A DNA stretch of 62,068 nt from a virus, in IMG/VR virus record IMGVR_UViG_3300025073_000026. One strand, 5' to 3'. Both the position numbers and the translations under genes were made by a program. A model generated the notes under the pieces. The model did not search any database, was not told the DNA's origin, and was given only the letters and a program-made list of their open reading frames with translations. Positions 58,986 through 62,068 of the stretch are shown here, piece by piece. Position 1 is the first letter of the stretch, and each line of letters starts with the position of its first letter.

Positions 58986-59031
58986 TTCTAGTTTTCAAGC
59001 ACCACTCAGATTGGCACGAAACAAATGTGTC

Positions 59032-59160
59032 AGGCTTCCGAGTGGAGGAATCATTCAATGTTGGCAAAAGCTGGATTTGAACCAGCGACCTAAAGAACCG
59101 AACTCTTTCGCTCTACCACTGAGCAACTTCGCCTTGTAGATTCCTTCCGATTGGAAGCCT
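59032..59160 (-). ncRNA. Y-RNA-like RNA 3 (shared helix enclosing a tRNA-like cloverleaf with degenerate anticodon loop)
   Basis: AGGCUUCC-AAUC-GGA-A-GGAAUC...GAUUCC-UCC-ACUC-GGAAGCCU. Confidence 0.8.
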
Positions 59161-59163
59161 TAG

Positions 59164-59301
59164 TGGGGGACCGAGGACTCGAACCTCGAATTTCTTGTGA
59201 GTTTGTGCCGATTGGGGGCCTTGCGGCTCCCGAGTGACCAAACTGGATTTACGAAAGCTTGATTTATAGTCAAGTGCCTTTACCAATTCGGCCAATCCCC
59301 C
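59164..59301 (-). ncRNA. tRNA-Tyr(AUA)-like RNA with the shared helix inserted, permuted, in the variable arm
   Basis: Acceptor GGGGGAU/GUCCCCC, CUUGA-CUAUAAA-UCAAG, ~70-nt variable region, T-arm CGAGG-UUCGAGU-CCUCG. Confidence 0.8.
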
Positions 59302-59304
59302 ATC

Positions 59305-59320
59305 AAACTGTCAAAGAACC
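59305..59320 (-). promoter_or_regulatory. boxA-like element
   Basis: Identical to 46821-46836. Confidence 0.6.
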
Positions 59321-59327
59321 AACTATC

Positions 59328-59356
59328 ACCTTACCAACTGCTCAGCAACCTGTCAA
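59328..59356 (-). promoter_or_regulatory. sigma70-type promoter TTGACA-N17-TAAGGT (extended TG) for the RNA cluster
   Basis: Consensus -35, 17-bp spacer, directly upstream of boxA and RNA genes. Confidence 0.65.
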
Positions 59357-59398
59357 CCCCCTTTCCTTGCATCGGAGGTTCTACCTGCCAACAATCTA

Positions 59399-59425
59399 TA
59401 CTACTCTACTTTTCGGGAGACTAAC
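59399..59425 (-). promoter_or_regulatory. Phage promoter motif
   Basis: GTTAG-N16-GTAGTA. Confidence 0.75.
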
Positions 59426-59727
59426 AGAATTATTTTCATCAACCCCCCAAAATTCTGTTATGAGGCCTATCACGCCCTCCGCTCATCCAACAAACCGATC
59501 AGCTTGTCAGCCAACCACTCCAATTCTTCCCCCACCAACTTATCTACCAGAGCATCGGTCATGTCGCAAGACTGTGCGTTTAGGGATTCCTGGATGTTTT
59601 GCCTTACTCGCTGTTCAATGGTTTCACAGAAACGACACATATTTACCGCCCCCCCTCCTATCATCCTTGACCTTGCCCAACGTATAGACACCATAACAGA
59701 GTGGTGAGATGCCACCCCGTTATGATC

Positions 59728-60255
59728 TTAAGCCGTTGCAGTCTTAGGAAAGTACTCCTTCCAGTCTTCGGGCATAGATTCGTGCCAACCCATATGGTCA
59801 AGACTCACTCCAGGGAGTGATTTGGGCCGAGTTGGAATGACCAGCAGCTTCATCCCAGCCTGCTTGGGGGTTCTAGCCCCTTTTTCCCGATTGCAGGTGA
59901 CACAACATGTAACCACATTCCCCCATTCCGTCTCGCCACCAGTGGCACGGGGCACAATATGATCAAGAGTCATATCACTACAGGGGACTTTCTCCCCACA
60001 GTAGGCACATCTCCCATTGTCACGAATCCAAACGTTCCTACGAGAGAACCGAACACCCTTGCGAAAGAAGCCGGGGGAGTGGCGGGCAAACTTGACCACA
60101 GAGGGGGTTGGGAATTCCTTTGTCGATGACCGAATCACTTGGTCAGCATACTCCTCTAGAACCACAACCCTACCCGTGAGAGCCCAACTGATAGCCTTGA
60201 ACCAATCAATTCTCTTCACAGGCACATAGCCGTTCGACAATAAGAGCACTTCCAT
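59728..60255 (-). CDS. HNH endonuclease
   Basis: VLLL...Y.P...W..A, RDNGRCAYCG, TLDHIVPR..GG...W.NVV.CC..CN..KG..TP. Confidence 0.9.
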   Translation of the reverse strand: MEVLLLSNGYVPVKRIDWFKAISWALTGRVVVLEEYADQVIRSSTKEFPTPSVVKFARHSPGFFRKGVRFSRRNVWIRDNGRCAYCGEKVPCSDMTLDHIVPRATGGETEWGNVVTCCVTCNREKGARTPKQAGMKLLVIPTRPKSLPGVSLDHMGWHESMPEDWKEYFPKTATA

Positions 60256-60315
60256 GGTGCATCCCCCTTCATCTCCTGTTTTGTGATAGTATCGGACACT
60301 CAAAGAAAATAGATG

Positions 60316-61110
60316 CTAGAACAGCAATTTCACTCTACCAGCCAGACACTCAGGAAGCTTTGCTGCTACTTCCTTGATCTGGTCATCCGAGTACCGACCG
60401 GAGAAGTGGGTCAAGTAGATTTCATCGTTCTTAAAGTGGTCAGCCCGCTCGATGATCTCTTTCAGGTGAATGTGGCCCTTGTCATGCGCCTCTTCCACTG
60501 GAACGTCATCCTCAGCGAATGTGCACTCCATGATCAGGGTCTTAGCCGTGTAGACCACGGGATGAGCGTCAAGGGCGGCAATCCGAGTATCCCCCGTGTA
60601 GACGACTTCAAGGGTATCCCGGCTCTCCTGCACTTCCACACCCTGATCCACTTTGAGCCTACGAATCTCCTCACCGGGAAGTCCTGCGAACTCAGCCTTC
60701 AACTTCCTGACCGTCCTGTATATCTCGTACCCTCGACTTTCGATTCTGTGATCGGCCTTGAAAGTACGGAACCACACCCCCTTACCAAGACAGGTATCAA
60801 AGCCATCAGGAACTGACGCTACATAGTAGTTGAAGCCCCCCTGCATCTTGATCCACTTTGTGAACATGTCTCGCAAGTCATCCCCAAGAAACTCAGGGAC
60901 GAAGAAGTGACTCGTGGGCATCCCGACCAACGACCTGTAGGAAGCATGGTGAATGACACCCGCCATGTGGTCGATGTGTGCATGAGTGATCAATACGTCT
61001 CTGTATCGGGCTGCCTCCAATGGACAGAGTCCCATGTCCAAAACCAACTTCAGTTCCGGAAGCATGATGCATGTTCCGATCCCACTCTTGGATGTTCCAG
61101 TAACCTTCAT
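60316..61110 (-). CDS. MBL-fold metallo-hydrolase, RNase Z (tRNase Z)-like
   Basis: THAHIDH, YTGDT, MECTF, GHIH, THFSGRY, exosite-like KLKAEF.GL.GEEI. Confidence 0.85.
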   Translation of the reverse strand: MKVTGTSKSGIGTCIMLPELKLVLDMGLCPLEAARYRDVLITHAHIDHMAGVIHHASYRSLVGMPTSHFFVPEFLGDDLRDMFTKWIKMQGGFNYYVASVPDGFDTCLGKGVWFRTFKADHRIESRGYEIYRTVRKLKAEFAGLPGEEIRRLKVDQGVEVQESRDTLEVVYTGDTRIAALDAHPVVYTAKTLIMECTFAEDDVPVEEAHDKGHIHLKEIIERADHFKNDEIYLTHFSGRYSDDQIKEVAAKLPECLAGRVKLLF

Positions 61111-61121
61111 GTGGCGATCTC

Positions 61122-61472
61122 CTAAAGATCCTCGATAGCTCTGATGAAATGCCCCTTTGACACGAACCCATCCCGCTTGAACTGCACCGTCACCAGCACA
61201 TGCCTTCCGTCCAGTATGTTGTGCCCGTCTGAATCAAACCCGATTATCTCAGCGGGCTGCATCGTCGTCTTGAGCGGTGTCTTCACGTCATCCACATACA
61301 ACCGGGGGTCAAAGCACTTTATCTGCTTACCAACCCACACCTTGTTGCACATGCAGAACCGCTCATCCACAGTGTCATGGCCGGAACGAATCAGGTCAGG
61401 CCATGCATCGGGATCAACGAAAAACCCGTTCCCCTTGAGGGAACCAAGTAAGGCGTCTCTGTGCTTGTTCAT
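61122..61472 (-). CDS. hypothetical protein
   Basis: GGAG RBS. Confidence 0.6.
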   Translation of the reverse strand: MNKHRDALLGSLKGNGFFVDPDAWPDLIRSGHDTVDERFCMCNKVWVGKQIKCFDPRLYVDDVKTPLKTTMQPAEIIGFDSDGHNILDGRHVLVTVQFKRDGFVSKGHFIRAIEDL

Positions 61473-61826
61473 GTGCTACTCCTCAAACGTTGTCAGAGTC
61501 AGATCATGCAACTCCACGCCACGGTAACCAGAGAACCACAGATCAACCTGCCTTGAAAAGAAGCCCTTTGCGAATGACTGGTGACCAGCATGCCGGAAAG
61601 CCATGTACAACTTGTAGATCAGTGCCCGTCTCATCACAACACCCCTAGTAGTCGCCCGTCATCAGGACGTAGAAGTTGTCACTATCGTCCTGTACTTCGA
61701 CTGTCACACCCTGCCGTACACATTCGGCAAGGTAGGACGCCATCAACTTGACTCCATCTTCGGTCTTGGCAAAAGGGACTCTTGCATTCATGGTTTCACT
61801 CTCCATCGGATTGTCACCTACGCTTA

Positions 61827-61853
61827 TACTACCCGACTAGAGGAAACCCTAAC
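61827..61853 (-). promoter_or_regulatory. Phage promoter motif
   Basis: GTTAG-N16-GTAGTA. Confidence 0.75.
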
Positions 61854-62068
61854 AGAGAAATTTGGTGGGAATGCGCCTACATGGATTCGGGATACCGTGC
61901 GTTAGTAACCATCCACCCATAGACAGTTACCTTGATAGCCTTATACACTGTGCCTAGCTTGATGTTAGGAAGATCGGGCACTCGTACCTTCTCACCAGCC
62001 CGGACCCGAGGTGCCAACCTTGTCTGTTCCTCTACGATGGGCATGATGGAAGGGGCAAGATCTTCTTT

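Noticed and set aside
1-62068. Alternative genetic code (stop-codon reassignment)
   Set aside because: Conserved genes (polA, pncB, nadE, MTases) are full length in the standard code, TAA, TAG and TGA all end genes, and no suppressor tRNA was seen.

Overview
A 62-kb segment of a large (jumbo-type) tailed phage genome, read in the standard code. Positions ~1-30 kb are mostly on the + strand (a minus-strand block lies at 13.4-17.9 kb) and carry replication and DNA-modification genes. These include an intein-containing family A DNA polymerase, six N4/N6-methyltransferase-family genes and an orphan TnpB. Positions ~30-62 kb are on the - strand and carry host-takeover genes: rpoZ, khpA, nadE, pncB, tRNAs, HNH nucleases and an RNase Z-like enzyme. 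Three systems stand out. (1) At least 8 free-standing, hypervariable 'cassette' ORFs in two arrays (ARKP...GRWPAN...SRFFK). They encode a segment that is missing from the intein-bearing MTase-like 'body' gene at 1050-2696. Several cassettes are set in or out of frame by poly-G or (CAGA)n tracts, which suggests a phase-variable split-methyltransferase system. (2) A Ro60/TROVE-vWA gene preceded by four RNAs that share one covarying helix (stem, AAYC/ACUC loop, 3 bp, bulge, 5-6 bp, YACAAG). The helix wraps tRNA-like cores in two RNAs, wraps a non-tRNA core in a third, and is circularly permuted into the variable arm of a tRNA(AUA) in the fourth. (3) A putative E2/JAB/Ubl/E1 conjugation module directly downstream of the Ro60-like gene. 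A strictly spaced GTTAG-N16-GTAGTA promoter-like motif occurs 15 times. All family assignments come from motif recognition by eye; no searches were run.
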